64,000 nucleotides of DNA, from the NCBI RefSeq assembly GCF_963921235.1, contig NC_086097.1, forward strand, positions 148,182,001-148,246,000. The letters are read 5' to 3'. Positions within the stretch are counted from its first letter, which is position 1, and each line of letters starts with the position of its first letter. The notes below the pieces were generated by a model. That model was not told where the DNA came from and did no database searches. It was given only the letters and a program-made list of their open reading frames with translations. Source of the stretch: Mobula hypostoma (taxonomy: Eukaryota). Shown piece by piece: positions 38,803 through 51,887 of this stretch. Both the position numbers and the translations under genes were made by a program.

Positions 38803-39742
38803 AACCCTCCATTATATACAACCTTGGGTATAGTGCTGATTATTACATACCTCCTCTGCACTGACTAGTCTGTACCAGATCCGGTAAGAAGAAGCTCTCC
38901 TTCAGTTTAGAGTGTAAATTGACGATAGTGGATGTTCGGTGGTGAGAAATATAGCATCAGTCTTTCAGGTCCTCTAAATGGACCTAAAATGTTCCAACTA
39001 TGTCACCAGCAAAGGATCAGTGTCACATCAACATTTGCTTTATATATCATTGCAATAACAGCTTGTCTGTTCGTGGCTGCATGGTTGCACGTAGAAGCTG
39101 GGTGTCCATAAAATTTCTGCAGCCTCTCCTACAATATTACTATGCCTCACATTTCAGAAAATATTTAATTGATTTGAACAGACTGTCTGGGCAGGTGCTC
39201 CATAAATCCAGTCTGTTTCCGTGATACAAGGAGCTGAATTTTTCTTTTTGTTGCCTGTGATTTCATTCAGTGGATTGAATATTAAGGCTGACCAGTTTTG
39301 ATCCTGTCTAACATCAAGTTAATGAAAACTTGGCAGACAATTGATGAACTACTGCTCTCTGTAGAACCACACATGCATTATGCACAGTACATGCGTACGC
39401 GTGCCCCTTCAGATAATTGTTTTCAAATGACATTAACCATACAGACATGGTGAACACTACACTACTTCTGCATATCCCTGGACTACATATGTAGTAAAAT
39501 TACCCAGATATTTTTCGTGTTGCTGTTTACCATGTGTTGCCTCTTCACTGTTGTAGAAGAACAGAGAATACTGCGCAGTACAGGACCTTCGAACTGTGAT
39601 TTTGTGCCAACCTTTCAACCTATTCCAAGATCAATCTAACCCTTCCTTCCCCTATATTACAAAAATGAGTGAAAATAGTGAAAGGAAATTGCCCAAATTT
39701 ACAAAAAGGCATCTACCAGAAAACACAATAACTGCTCTATAC

Positions 39743-39783
39743 CTTGTCCAGTGTGAATTCCCGGCAGCCGGATCTCTCTCCCA
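39743..39783 (-). other. Candidate 41-nt micro-exon
   Basis: tcattgctctCAG acceptor, AAG|GTATAG donor; CpG-retaining; GERSGCREFTLDK or WERDPAAGNSHWT. Confidence 0.2.
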
Positions 39784-40199
39784 CTGAGAGCAATGACATC
39801 CATTTATTTGGCATGAGGGCACACCGTCTTTAATTACCCACAAAGTTAACAAGACTGCACATGAAATTAGAATATGATGCACCCCACAATGTAGTTACAA
39901 TCACATTACAAAATAAACAGAAGTATCTACCTTAAATACAGTATACAAACAATATAAATACATTTGCATATTCCCAATACTGAATAAATGGAATATTCTG
40001 CCGTGTACGGAGGAAAATGCACCATAAAGGCAACCCTTTAGGACCCATTATTAGAATATACCAGGGAAGGCCCTGAAGTGCACACACTCAGTGCAATGAC
40101 AGCAGAATGACAAGGCAACGTTTGTGTGTGTATAGAAGGTGTGCGTTTACCAAGTGCTCTCCATCACACACCTTAAAATTGTGCCTTCTTGTATTGGCA

Positions 40200-43100
40200 A
40201 TTGCAGCCCAGGGAAAAAGGTCTTTTATCATCTTATACACCTCAATCAAGTCACATCTCATGTTCATTTACTCCAAAGAGAAAAGCCTTAGCTCACTCAA
40301 ACTTTCATCATAAAACATGATCTCTAATCCAGGCAGCAACCTGGTAAATCTCCTCTGCATACTCTATAAAGCTTTCACATTCTTCCTATAATGAGGCAAC
40401 CAGAACTAAGCACAATACTCCAAGTGTGGTTTAACCAAAATTTTATAAAGCTGCAAAATTATCTTGTGGTTTTTGAAATCACTCCCCTGACTAATGAAGG
40501 CTAATGCACCATATACCTTCTTAGCAACCCTATCAACTTGCATGGCAACTTTGAGGGCTCTATGGATGTGGCAGCCTAATATCCATCTGTTCCTCCACAT
40601 TACTAAGAGTTCTCCAATTAACCTTGTACTCTACCTTCGAATTCAACCTTCCAAATGTATCACTTTTGGATTGAATCCATCTACCACTTCTCAGCCCAAC
40701 TCTGCATCCTGGCAATATCCCATTGTAACTCTGACAAAAAATAAACCTCGTCCTGCAAATCTCCTTTGAATTTGCCATTTCCTAGCTTAAATGCAAACAC
40801 TGTAGTGTTAAACATTTCAACCATGGGAGAAAGATACTGTCTATCTATGCCCTCATAGTTTTATAAACCTCTCTCAGTCACCCATTAGCCTCCTCTCAGC
40901 CTCCGCCTCTGAAGAGAAAATAATTCAAGTCTGTCCTCCTCATAGCACATGCCTCTAATGCAGGCAGAATCCTGGTAAACCTCTTCTGCACCCTCACCAA
41001 AGCTTCCACATCCCTCCTATCAATGGGTGATCATTTTGAGCACAACATTTAGTATATTCCCTTACAAAAATTGCCTTGGGATAATTTAAGACCATCTGGG
41101 GACATCCTGTAGATGGAGGATTAGTTTCACACAGCATTTCAAGAGTGCAACATTTGCTCAGCACTGAATTTTGCCAGCCTAGACTCTGTGTTCAAGTGTA
41201 TGATATGATAGCTTCCTTGGGGACTTTGAGAAAGACTGACAAATGATAAGGGCAGTCTCCCCTAGCTGGAGAATAGAGAGTCCAGAGATTCAGGATAAGC
41301 ATTTGACTATTTGGGACTAAAATGAGGAGCAATTTCTTCATGCAGGGGATCATAAGTCTCCAGAATTCAAAGGATGCTCAGTCATTGAGTAAATTCAAGG
41401 CAGATATTAGAGCAGAAACATAGAAAACCTACAGCACAATACAGGCCCTTCGGCCCGCAATGCTGTTCCGAACATGTACTTACTTTAGAAATTACCTAGG
41501 GTTACCCGTAGCCCTCTATTTTTCTAAACTCCATGTACCTAACCAGGAGTCTCTTAAAAGGCCCTATCATATCCGTCTCCACCACTGTCACCGGCAGCCC
41601 AGTCCACGCACTTACTACTCCCTGCGTAAAAAACTTACCCCTGACATCCCCTCTGTACCTACTTCCATGCACCTTAAAACTGTACCCTCTCGTGTTAGCC
41701 ATTTCAGCCCTGGGAAAAAGCCTCTGTCTATCCACACGATCAATGCCTCTCATCAACTTATACACTTCTATCAGGTGTATATCAGAATATTTCCTCTATC
41801 ACCTGATATCACCTCTATCAGAAGAGGCATAGAAATGGTGTGAACTTAACGAAATAGCAAAGGAGGCTCAAAGGATTATGACACCTCTTTCTCCTTTTAT
41901 TTTTAATGCCCTTACGCTCTGTTTTGAAATCCTGACTTGTCTGGGTCAGGAGTGAGTTCTACCCACCGTGCTGTGGAAAAATTTAAATTTTCTACCCATC
42001 TGGAAGTGTGTCGAACAAGGATAATAAAACAAAGCTCCTTTATTTGATCGTGCATGTTATGTGCTGCCAGAATGGGCAGCTTTGTCTTCTGGATTCAAAC
42101 CCTTTGCTTCTCTGTGATTCATGTCTGCATTGATTTTTCTTCCAGGCCCAATGTATATCCAATGGCATGTTCATGTTTCCCAGTGATCAACTCCCATAAG
42201 ATGCTATGCTCATCACTGCCTGACAACACAAAGAATAGAAGCTGTATTAACAGCAAGCATTGTGTATACTTCACGGCCTTTGTTTCAATGGGAGATGAAA
42301 GCAACACATTTAATAGGATTGAAAGCCGCATTCGGAAATTCTCTTCATGGAATCACAGAGTCAGCACAAAAACAAGCCTTTAGGCCCACTTTGTCCTTGC
42401 TGACCATAATGCCTCTCTGCACTGATTTCATTTCCCTGCATTAGGCTTGTAACCCTCTCAACCTTTCCTATCTAAATATCTGTACAAATGCATTTATTAC
42501 TCACCTATTATACCGACTTTCATCACCTCATCTGGTAGCTCGTTCTAAATGACCTCTACCTTTGATGCGGGAAAATTAGATGCTTGGATTTCCTTTAAAT
42601 ATTGCTCCTATCAACTTAAAACTGTGCCATCTATTTCTAAACTCCTCTGCCCTGGGTAAAGGGTTAAGCTATCTAAATTATGTATGCCCCTTGTAATTTT
42701 ATAAATCTTTCTGATGTCAACTCAATAGCCTCCTGCATTCCAGAGAGAATAATCACTCCAGTTATGTAACTACAGCACTCCGTTCAATGCAAAATTCTGG
42801 TGCAACTCTTCTACACTATCTCTAGTGCCTCCATTTCCCTCCTGTAGTGTGGCAACCAGAACTGCACACAGCACTCCATGTGCATTCTAGCTAATATTTG
42901 TACTGCAGTAATGTAATGTCCCATCTCTTATATTCAATAACTCAGTCTATGAAATCAAACATAGAAACTTTCTTCACTATACGATTGACCTATGATTACA
43001 TTTAGTGAGCTATGGACTTGGATCTCAAAATCACATTGTACATTAAATCTCCTAAATTCCCTCTCATTTATTTGGTAATTTGACCTCCCAAATTGTATCC

Positions 43101-43580
43101 TCTCATACTTGCCTGGATTAAGTTCCATATGCCACTGTTCTGCCCAAATGTTGAGCTGATCTCCCACTCTAACCTTATACAACCTTCTTCACTGTCTATG
43201 CCTCCACCAATTCTTACGTCGTTTGTATGATCTACTAATCAGACCACCAGAATTGTCATTCAAGTCAATTCTATATATCACAGACAATGAAGGTCCTAGC
43301 ACTGACCTTTGTTGAATATCACTTGTTATAGATTTACAGTCATGAAAAGAACCACCTACCACTACACTTTATCTCCTATCATCCAGCCACTTTTGTATCC
43401 AGTTACCCAACACGCCTCAACCTTCTGGACCATTCTACCATGCTACCATGCAAGACATTACTAAATTCCATGTAAACCACATCTAATGCTCTGTCGTCAT
43501 CAAATTTCTAAATTATTCCCTTCAAAATTCCAAATTTATTAGACATGATCTCCCCTGCACAAATCTATGCTGACTTCTTT
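40200..43580 (-). mobile_element. Cluster of CR1 3' fragments (about 40200-41030, 41416-41777, 42340-43580)
   Basis: LYKILVKPHLEYC; YKLMRGIDRVD..NTRGYSFKV; WAEQWHMELNPGK. Confidence 0.85.
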
Positions 43581-43899
43581 CAAGTGAACGGTAATCTTCT
43601 CAGATAATGTTTGTGTTGTGAAATAAACTGTAATTTTAATACTTTATAATTTGATTATTGTATCGATTCTTAATTATCTTACGCCATGGTTTTCTATTGA
43701 AGGAAATTTTATTCTTACAGCTTTGATTACGCAAGGTAACTCAGTCAAACATTAAGTCAAGTTTTGAATCTTATTATCATACTCTCTGAACAAACCTTTC
43801 AGTGACCCCATTGACTTGGACAAAATAGATACTGATAGACTTTAAAGTGTTGATAGATTTTTAAAATATCACTGAAATTTCACACAAACCAATCTTCTG

Positions 43900-44318
43900 A
43901 CCTTGGACTCACTTTACACCGCACGCTGTCGGAGCAGTGCTGCCAGGATATTCAAGGACACGACCCACCCAGCCAACACACTTTTCGTCCCTCTTTCCTC
44001 TGGGAGAAGGCTCAGGAGCTGGAAGACTCGTATGGCCAGATTTGGGAACAGCTTCTTTTCAACTGTGATAAGACTGCTGAATGGATCCTGACCCGGATCT
44101 GGGCCGTACCCTCCAAATATCCAGACCTGCCTCTTGGTTTTTTTGCTCTACCTTACTTTCCCTTTTTTATTTTCTATTTATGATTTATAATTTAAATTTT
44201 TACTATTTACTATCGATTTGTACTCCAGGGAGCGCGAAGCGCAGAATCAAATATCGCTGTGATGATTGTACGCTCTAGTATCAATTGTTTGGTGACAATG
44301 AAGTAAAGTAAAGTAAAT
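43900..44318 (+). mobile_element. Rex1/Babar 3' end with (AAAGT)n tail
   Basis: IFKDTTHPANTLFVPLSSGRRLRS..RFGNSFF. Confidence 0.8.
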
Positions 44319-44716
44319 CAAAAGATTGACAGAGCTGACGCAAGAGACCAAAATGGGTATTTATACTTCTATTTTGTATTTTCTCATATCATATTTTTTC
44401 TCAGATCAGCTAACTAACAGCTTAGATGAAACATAGAATCTTCCAGTATAACATAAGCTTACGGATTCCTAAAAAGATGGAATTTAATGCAGACAAATGT
44501 GAGCTGCTGCCCTTTGGGTGGATAAACCAAGGTCAGAATTACACTGTGAACGGTAGGGCACTGAGGAGTGTGGTAGAACAGAGGGATATGAAATACAGAC
44601 CCATAATTCCTTGGAAGTGCCCCCACAGGTAGATAGAGTCATAAAGAAAGCTTTTGGCACGTTGGTCTTCATAAATCAAAGTACTCAGTATAGGAGTTAG
44701 GATGTTATGTTGAAGC

Positions 44717-45195
44717 TCAAAGGTTCAAAGGTTCATTTATTATCAAAGTATACAACTCTGAAATTCTTCTTCTCCAGATAGCCAGGAAACCAAGAAAGAA
44801 AAGAAAGGACGGCAACACGATCATCACCAACCCCCCTCCCAATCGCTCTTCTCCACACAAAAAAAACGAAAACAGTACAGGCACATTGACCCCCAAATTT
44901 CCCTCCCCCACACGTAATAAAACAAGAAAGATTGGGTGAAAAACACAGAATATAAAAAAAAACACATTAAGACTGAAAGAAAAGACTATAGTCCAAGTTC
45001 ATTTACAAAATGCAGAAAACCTGGGTAACATTCTTCGGGCACCATGGCGGCCTCTCCTCTCTCTGACAGCAGAGCGATCCCCCAGCGATCAAAAGGTAGG
45101 TAGCCGGTGCTCACTCTTTGCATTTGCCTCGATATTTCAATCTCCCTCGTCGCTTTAATTGGCGAACAATGGAAGCTTTAATCCGTGAGATGGGG
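44717..45195 (-). mobile_element. Non-coding SINE-like element with Rex-type tail
   Basis: Tail aataaatgaacctttgaacctttga; 5' part shares motifs with 48170-48828; interrupts the CR1. Confidence 0.6.
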
Positions 45196-45307
45196 TTGTA
45201 TAAGACATTCATGAGGCTTAATTTGGAGTATTGTAGGTAGGTCACCTACCTACCTACAATACTCCAAATTAAGCCTCATGAATGTCTTATATAACCCCAT
45301 ATCATGG
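45183..45307. repeat. About 60-bp-arm inverted duplication (hairpin, 5-nt loop)
   Basis: 45183-45242 is reverse-complementary to 45248-45307 with 3 mismatches. Confidence 0.92.
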
Positions 45308-46699
45308 TCACCTACCTACAGGAAAGATATCAACAAGATTGAAATGGTTAGAGAAAATTTACAGGGATGTTGCTAGGACTTGAGGAATTGAGTTATAGGG
45401 AAAGGTTGAATAGGTTAGGAGTTTATTCTCTAGAGCGGAGGAGAATGAGGAGAGATTTGACAGACCTACACAAAATTATGAAGGGTATAGAAAAGGTAAA
45501 TGCAAGCAGGCATTTTCCACTAAAGTTAGGTGGCACTAGAATTAGAGGTAATGGGTAAAGGGAGAAAGCTGAAATGTTTAAGGGGAACATGAGGTGGAAC
45601 TTCTTCACTCTGATGATGGTGAGAGTGTGGAATGAGCTGCTATCAGAAGAGTTGGATGTGGGTTTGATTTCAACATTTAAGAGAAAATTTGGATATGATC
45701 GTTATGGAGGGCTATGGTCTATGTGCAGGTCTTTAGGACTCGGTAGAATAATAGTTCAACACAGACTTGATGGATCAAAGGGTATGTTTCAGTGCTGTAG
45801 TTTCTATGGATCTATGACTCCAAAAGTTTAATAGAATCATTGAATCTCATAGAAACCTCAATAATTAGTCACCTTTAATGTTTTGCATTGCTTGTCTGCT
45901 CATTTCCTAGGCAAAGGGTTTGCCAAATGAGTCACTGAACCTTCTCAGGTGTTTCATCAACAAAGGAGGCTTTATCTTTTGAACTGCCCCTTCCAGACTT
46001 TCTTTCATATCACTGATACCTTCAGATACTGAGAAAATATTTGCCTTCTCTTTAATTGAAGCAGTTGATTTGACATCTCTGACTTCCTGATACTTCAATA
46101 TTTCTTTGTATGAACACAATTTTACTGAATCAATGAATCATAATTTCAAATCTAAAATTTTGATTCCTTGTTCTGAGGAATGAATTATTCTCCATTCTAT
46201 CCATTCATTATGCAAGGAATTCAGTAAGAATTTTCCTTAGTGTTTTGAGCTCCAGGCATTACAGATTTTTCTAATTGGGACCAGTGTAACTTTCAAGGTG
46301 GCGTACATGGCATAGGGCACAGTAATTAGATCCTTTTGCTAAACTTGCAATAGACTATTCTATTGATGATATCAGAAGTTGGATTTTAGCCATTTTTCTT
46401 CCATTATATTACATCAGCAGGTGAAACAGAGCATGTGGGCATAGCCGATGTTTTGAGAAGTCAGTGTTTAAGTTGATAATCAATTCAAATACAGTGAGCT
46501 TTTTTAATTGAACTACCGCCTCCTGAAATTCAGACAAATGCTTTACTTGGTTTCTAAAGGCTAAAATAAACATGGATATCGTGATTTGCTATCACAATGT
46601 TGCGGCAATTTCACTCTGTTAAGCTGTGAAAATGGTAACCCTCTTGCGACAGCAAACCTCAGTGAGTAGGGTACAATAGACTGCTGTGCTCCGAAACTT

Positions 46700-46905
46700 A
46701 GGTTCCAATCTTGCGTGGAATGGGCTGCCAGCAACAGTGGTGGAGGCGGATACGGTAGGGTCTTTTAAGAGACTTTTAGAAAGGTACGTGGAGCTTAGTA
46801 AAATAGAGGGCTGTAGGTAAGCCTAGTAATTTCTAAGGTAGGGACATGTTCGGCACAACTCTGTGGGCCGAAGGGCCTGTATTGTGCTGTAGGTTTTCTA
46901 TGTCT
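46700..46905 (+). mobile_element. CR1 3' end
   Basis: gcgtggaatgggctgcc...gggccgaagggcctgtattgtgctgtaggttttctatg; same subfamily as 41416-41777. Confidence 0.85.
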
Positions 46906-47875
46906 CTGAATGAAGCAACAGGGAGCTTGGACAAGATGGGAGAATGCGGTTGAGAGGAAAGTGACCTGGGCTGATCTTTGGAAAGCTGAACCACACCGCA
47001 TCCACCGCAGTGTACGATGTGCTTCCAAGCCCATCAAACCTGCACAAATGGGGCAAGGCAGAGTCATCTGCGTGCCCACTGTGCTCCAAGCGAGGAATCC
47101 TGGAGCACATCCTCAGCGGCTGTGCAAGGGCACTTGGTGAGGGATGGTACAGGTGGAGGTATGATCAGGTCCTGAAGACCATCGCTGAAGCTGTCAGCAC
47201 AGGAGTTGTGTGGGCAAAGCGGTCCCGACCCTCCAAGCAGACCATTGCCTTTGTCAGAGTTGGGGAGCAGCCAATACCTGCCAAAAGAACATCTGCAGGC
47301 ATTCTGACCTCTGCAAGGGACTGGCAGCTGTTGGTGGACCTCGAAGGGCAGCTGAAGTTCCTCGACCATATTGCAGCCACCACCCTGCGACCAGACATTG
47401 TCCTAGTGTCTGAGTCTACTAAGCAAGTGGTGCTGCTGGAGCTGACAGTCCCATGGGAAGATAGCTTGGAGGAGGCCTTTGAAAGGAAGCTCTCCAAGTA
47501 CGCAGGACTGGTCAGTAACTGTCAGCAGGCTGGATGGGGAGCGAGGTGTCTCCCAGTGGAGGTTGGTTGTAGGGGATTCGTAGCCCGTTCTTTAGTTAGA
47601 GCCTTCAGCATTTTGGGCATCGAGAGAGAGAGGAAGAGGAGAGCCATCCGCAGTATCACCGATGCGGCAGAGAGGGCCTCAAGATGGCTGTGGCTCAAAA
47701 GAGGGGAGCTATGGAGTTATAAGTAGCTAGCCATCTGGACACAAGCTGAGGTCTGATCAGCCCCGGCTGGGTCACCTGGAGGAGGTTGTATGATGTTGAA
47801 AGACCCGAAACACCCGATGATTCCAGGAACATCACTGAAGATGTGTCCAGAAGCATCAATAGATGTATGTACACA
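46906..47875 (+). mobile_element. 5'-truncated Hero-clade (RLE-type) non-LTR retrotransposon
   Basis: CPLC..LEHILSGC knuckle, RYDQVL (RHD-like), LRPDIVL, LLELTVPWE, RKLSKY, PVEVGCRG = restriction-like endonuclease; stop at 47726, then a short 3' UTR. Confidence 0.88.
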
Positions 47876-48169
47876 GCTACCACACCTAATGTATCTTTAG
47901 ATCAGACCAGTGACTTGAGGTTGATTCAAATTCTGCCTTTCTCTTGAAAGTAAAATATATTTCTAAATGGGATTATACTGAATAAAGTGTAGCTTGTATG
48001 TTGGGTTAATGCAAAACAGATTACAAAGGAATGAATACCTTTGTTGACATATCTGGAATCAAAAATAATGGAGGAAAGGAAAATGCATTTCCTGAATTCC
48101 AACATCTGCAGAATCTTTTGAGCTTCTACATATAAATTACAATATGGAATGAGATGGAAATTAATCTAA

Positions 48170-48828
48170 ACTGACAGATAATTTTTATCCACAACTCATG
48201 ATTGACTATTTCTCGCCGATATTGCCGATTAAATCATTGAGGAAGATTGAAATCATCGAGGTAACAGCAGATGGTGAGCGGGTGTTTAGCATCATCTAGC
48301 AGCCTCTTGTTCGCTGCTGTCAGAGGAGAGTGTCTGTGTGTGACAGTCTCTCTCTCTCTAGCTCACTGCTCGTGAAGGAAGCTCTCTGCTTTCGAATGGT
48401 CTCTTTCTCTCTCTCTCTCAATGCTGTCTGAGGATGGTGCCAGGGTTCTGGGTATTCGGCATGGTTTGTGGGTTGGACTCTGTGGTTCACATTATAATGT
48501 GTTTCTGGTTGCTGGTTGCTCCTTTTCTCATTGCTGTTTTGGGTCGTTTTGATCGGGGCGGCCTGCAGATAACGAACACTGAGCTGTAATGGATATGCAT
48601 GGACTCTTTTGATTTTGTGTTTTATCTGCTGTGTTTTTCGCTACTTTTTTGTTGCTGTTTGTGTGATTTGTTGTTTTGCACGTGGGGGTGTAGGGGGCTG
48701 GGATTTGATGTTTTTCTTTGAAGAGTTCGATGGGTTTCTTTGTTTCTTGGCCGTCTTTGGGGAAGCCGAATCTCAGGAATGTATACTGCCTACATACTTC
48801 GATAATGAATGCACTTTGAATCTTTGAA
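48170..48828 (+). mobile_element. Non-coding SINE-like element with Rex-type tail
   Basis: Ends tacatacttcgataatgaatgcactttgaatctttgaa; head related to 44717-45195. Confidence 0.6.
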
Positions 48829-51189
48829 TTGATATTTTTGATCAGGTTTGTTGGAAGTCAGCTGCCTGTCCCCAGGATATCACTGTAGGAATTTGTCACG
48901 GCAGTGGCTTCCGCTCACCCGTCTTCAGTTGCCTCATCATTTCCGATGTGTGGATTTATCTGATTGCTGCAAAATGGTTAATTCCGTTTTCACTTCTCAG
49001 GATATAAGCAGCTCCTGCCCGCACACAGCAAAACTTAATTAAAATTCAAAGGACTGATAAATGGTATCTGAATCACATAAATAAGAGGAAATAGCGTCTT
49101 CAACAAGAAAGAGGCAAAGCACTGAGATTCGACATTCAATTACCTTCACTGAGCCCCTAACAATTAACAATCTGTTGCCTGGAAATTCAATATCAGTGGC
49201 ATAACTATCATGGCCCATGGTGAATGACTCACTCTTCAAACCCTTGCGTTCCGTCATACTGTACATAAGACCTGAATCAGGAGCACAATGAAATACTGAG
49301 CTCGATCTGTGTAACTCTGATAACACTTGAATCCATGGCTACACTGGACACCATCTACAAAATGAGCTGCAGTTACCTGCTTGGTTAAACCCTTAACGTC
49401 TATCACCAAAAAACGGCAAGGTCAGCAGCATCATCACCTGCATGTACACCTATGAGGTGCACATTGTACTGACTTAGAATTATGCTGCTGCTCCATCATA
49501 ATCATGCACTCTGCATCCTGAAATTCTGAAACTAATAGCATTGTGGGAGAATCTTCATCAGAAGAGCTGGAGTAGTCCATCAACATCTTTCCAAAGATAG
49601 TAGGGGTGGGGAATACATGTTGGCCTTGCCAGCAACAATAAATACTGTAAATATACAAAAAACATTAACTATGGAATATGACATTCTTTACCACAAACAG
49701 ATGTTACGGAGAGTTAATTAAAAAGTCTGGGATAGCTTATGACATCATCACATGCTAATTTGGAACAGAAAGATTTTATTAAGGAATAGTAAACGGGGGG
49801 GGAGAGATATCAAATTAAGATACGGATTTTCTTGGATTGAATTAATTGGATAAAGGGTTTGAGGGGTTAAATGGCCCATGACTTGTCCCATTTTCCAATG
49901 CTCACATCCACCTGTTTCATAGCCCTTCAGCTCCCCTTTCTTTCATTTTACCAAGACAAATTAATGCCGACAGGGACTTAGAGGTTCCCTGCAGTTGCAA
50001 CTGCTTTTTATTGCACCAGTTGCACCATTATCCCACAGCAGAGTACAGCAACTCTAAGGAATTTCATGGCAATATTTCTTTCCCCTCAATCAGTACCTCC
50101 AACATTTAATTTAAAACTCATTGCCTAAAGTATCTTTAACCTCACCCCAGTTCTAAATATCTTTTCATTAAAACCTGTAACTTTGACCTCTCATTCTTAA
50201 TCCTTTGATTATTGGGAATGGTCTGAAATACCTAATGTACTTATTTCAGGATATTAAGTATGTCTAATAGAATGGCTTGCAATCTACATCAAGGTAATGT
50301 AACTATTATATTGTTCTTGTATTAAGCAATGTTATTAATAATGTATATAAAAATGTTTTCTTACTTTAAGATAAAGACATTTTAGCTGTTCCCTTATCCA
50401 CCAGGACTGATGACTTTGAATGCCACAGCTTTACATCTCAAGTAATTGGAGAGCATTCGCATAGATTTAGCCCACAGTAAATTACATGCGTAACTAATTT
50501 TGGGTCAAGTCACAGCAAGTGTGAAGTTTGGCTGAACACATCTGGTCTGAATCGCCACTGCAGCAGCTCACATGTGATGACATCACTACTAGAGCATTCC
50601 TCCTTTCAGAGTGTGGCACAGGAATTTGGACAACATTGCCCAGCAGATACGCTGTTGCCAGGCCATTCCTAAGAGAAATTGGTATTAATGCCAATAATTC
50701 AGCCTGGGAGACCTGCAGGTACAAAAACTATAGGATATTTATTGTCTTTTTCTTGCCCAATGTACAGCAGACATTAACATTCAGATGTGCACTTACTGTA
50801 AGAATATCAAGGGAACATTCTATTTAAGTAATCCAATCTCCAAATCAAGCAAAAGCTAAATCATTATTTTTGTCCTTTTGGGCTCTCACATATCCTTAGC
50901 CAGTGAGTTTGCCCCAAGAAATATATCTTAGTACCAAGAAATTCTTTCTTCTGCTGAATTTCCTATTAGTTTCGAGTCCAGGATATCAGACTGCAGAACA
51001 CCAACATTCCGCTTTAAAGAGCCTGCCAACTGATGTGATTAATTAGAATGTTGTCTTACCTCCTGAGATCCTACCATCACGAGAGTTTTACTCTGCAAAT
51101 GCAATAAAGAACCTGTCTCCTGATGTAATCATTCTATTACATGTAGGTGCATAGCTTTTCTCTGTTGCAAACCTTTTTGTGTTTTTGCT

Positions 51190-51500
51190 TATGATCTTTT
51201 CCTTGTAATTTCTATCACACAGTTCCACAGTCTGGAATATTAAAGTTTATTGCTCAGATTTCAGTCTAATACATTTAATTCCCAATCCTCAAATCTGCAG
51301 TGGCTTTATTTATTAGGGTGAAGTTGTCTTTAATACTGTAAAATATCCTTTTCCTTTATGAACTTTTCCTTGTGTTTTTTTCTATCACACAGTTCCAAAG
51401 TCTGGAATATTAATGTTTACTGCTCAGCCTTCAGTTTGACTCTTTTAATCCCAAGTCCGCAAATCTGCAATGACTTTGAGGGTGAAATTGTCTTTAGTAA
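51190..51500. repeat. Old local tandem duplication, period about 167 bp
   Basis: tctatcacacagttcca.agtctggaatattaa.gttta.tgctcag...aaatctgca..gggtgaa.ttgtcttta occurs twice. Confidence 0.85.
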
Positions 51501-51887
51501 AACCACCTTGTTTCTTTCCCCACAGACACAGCTTGAGTTACTTTGTAATTTGAGTATTCTGGTTTGTTTTGTATTTCTGGCATCAGGAATTGGAACCAAA
51601 ATTCATTTATCATTGTCATACACTGTATACTAAAGTGCAGTGGAAAGATTTATGCTTGTATTCTGTCCAGATCACTCCATACAGAAGTACATCAAGACAG
51701 TATAAAAGAAAAACAGAAGGCAGGATATAATGTTACAGTTTCAGAAAAAAGTACAATGCAAGGAAATTGGAAAATTGGTAAACTGCTTATTTAGTCCGTG
51801 AGCCAGTAGGGTTGGTCGGTACCATCTAAGGGGCATAATGCTCATAGTGATTTTTGGTAAGGTATATATCTCTACAGTTAGAAAATA

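Larger units (their letters stand above)
44475..45820 (+). mobile_element. CR1 3' fragment, interrupted
   Basis: MEFNADKCE, LSYRERLNRLGVYSLERRRMR, WNELL. Confidence 0.85.

Noticed and set aside
50528..50827. 99-aa ORF as a coding exon
   Set aside because: No recognisable homology and a weak donor site
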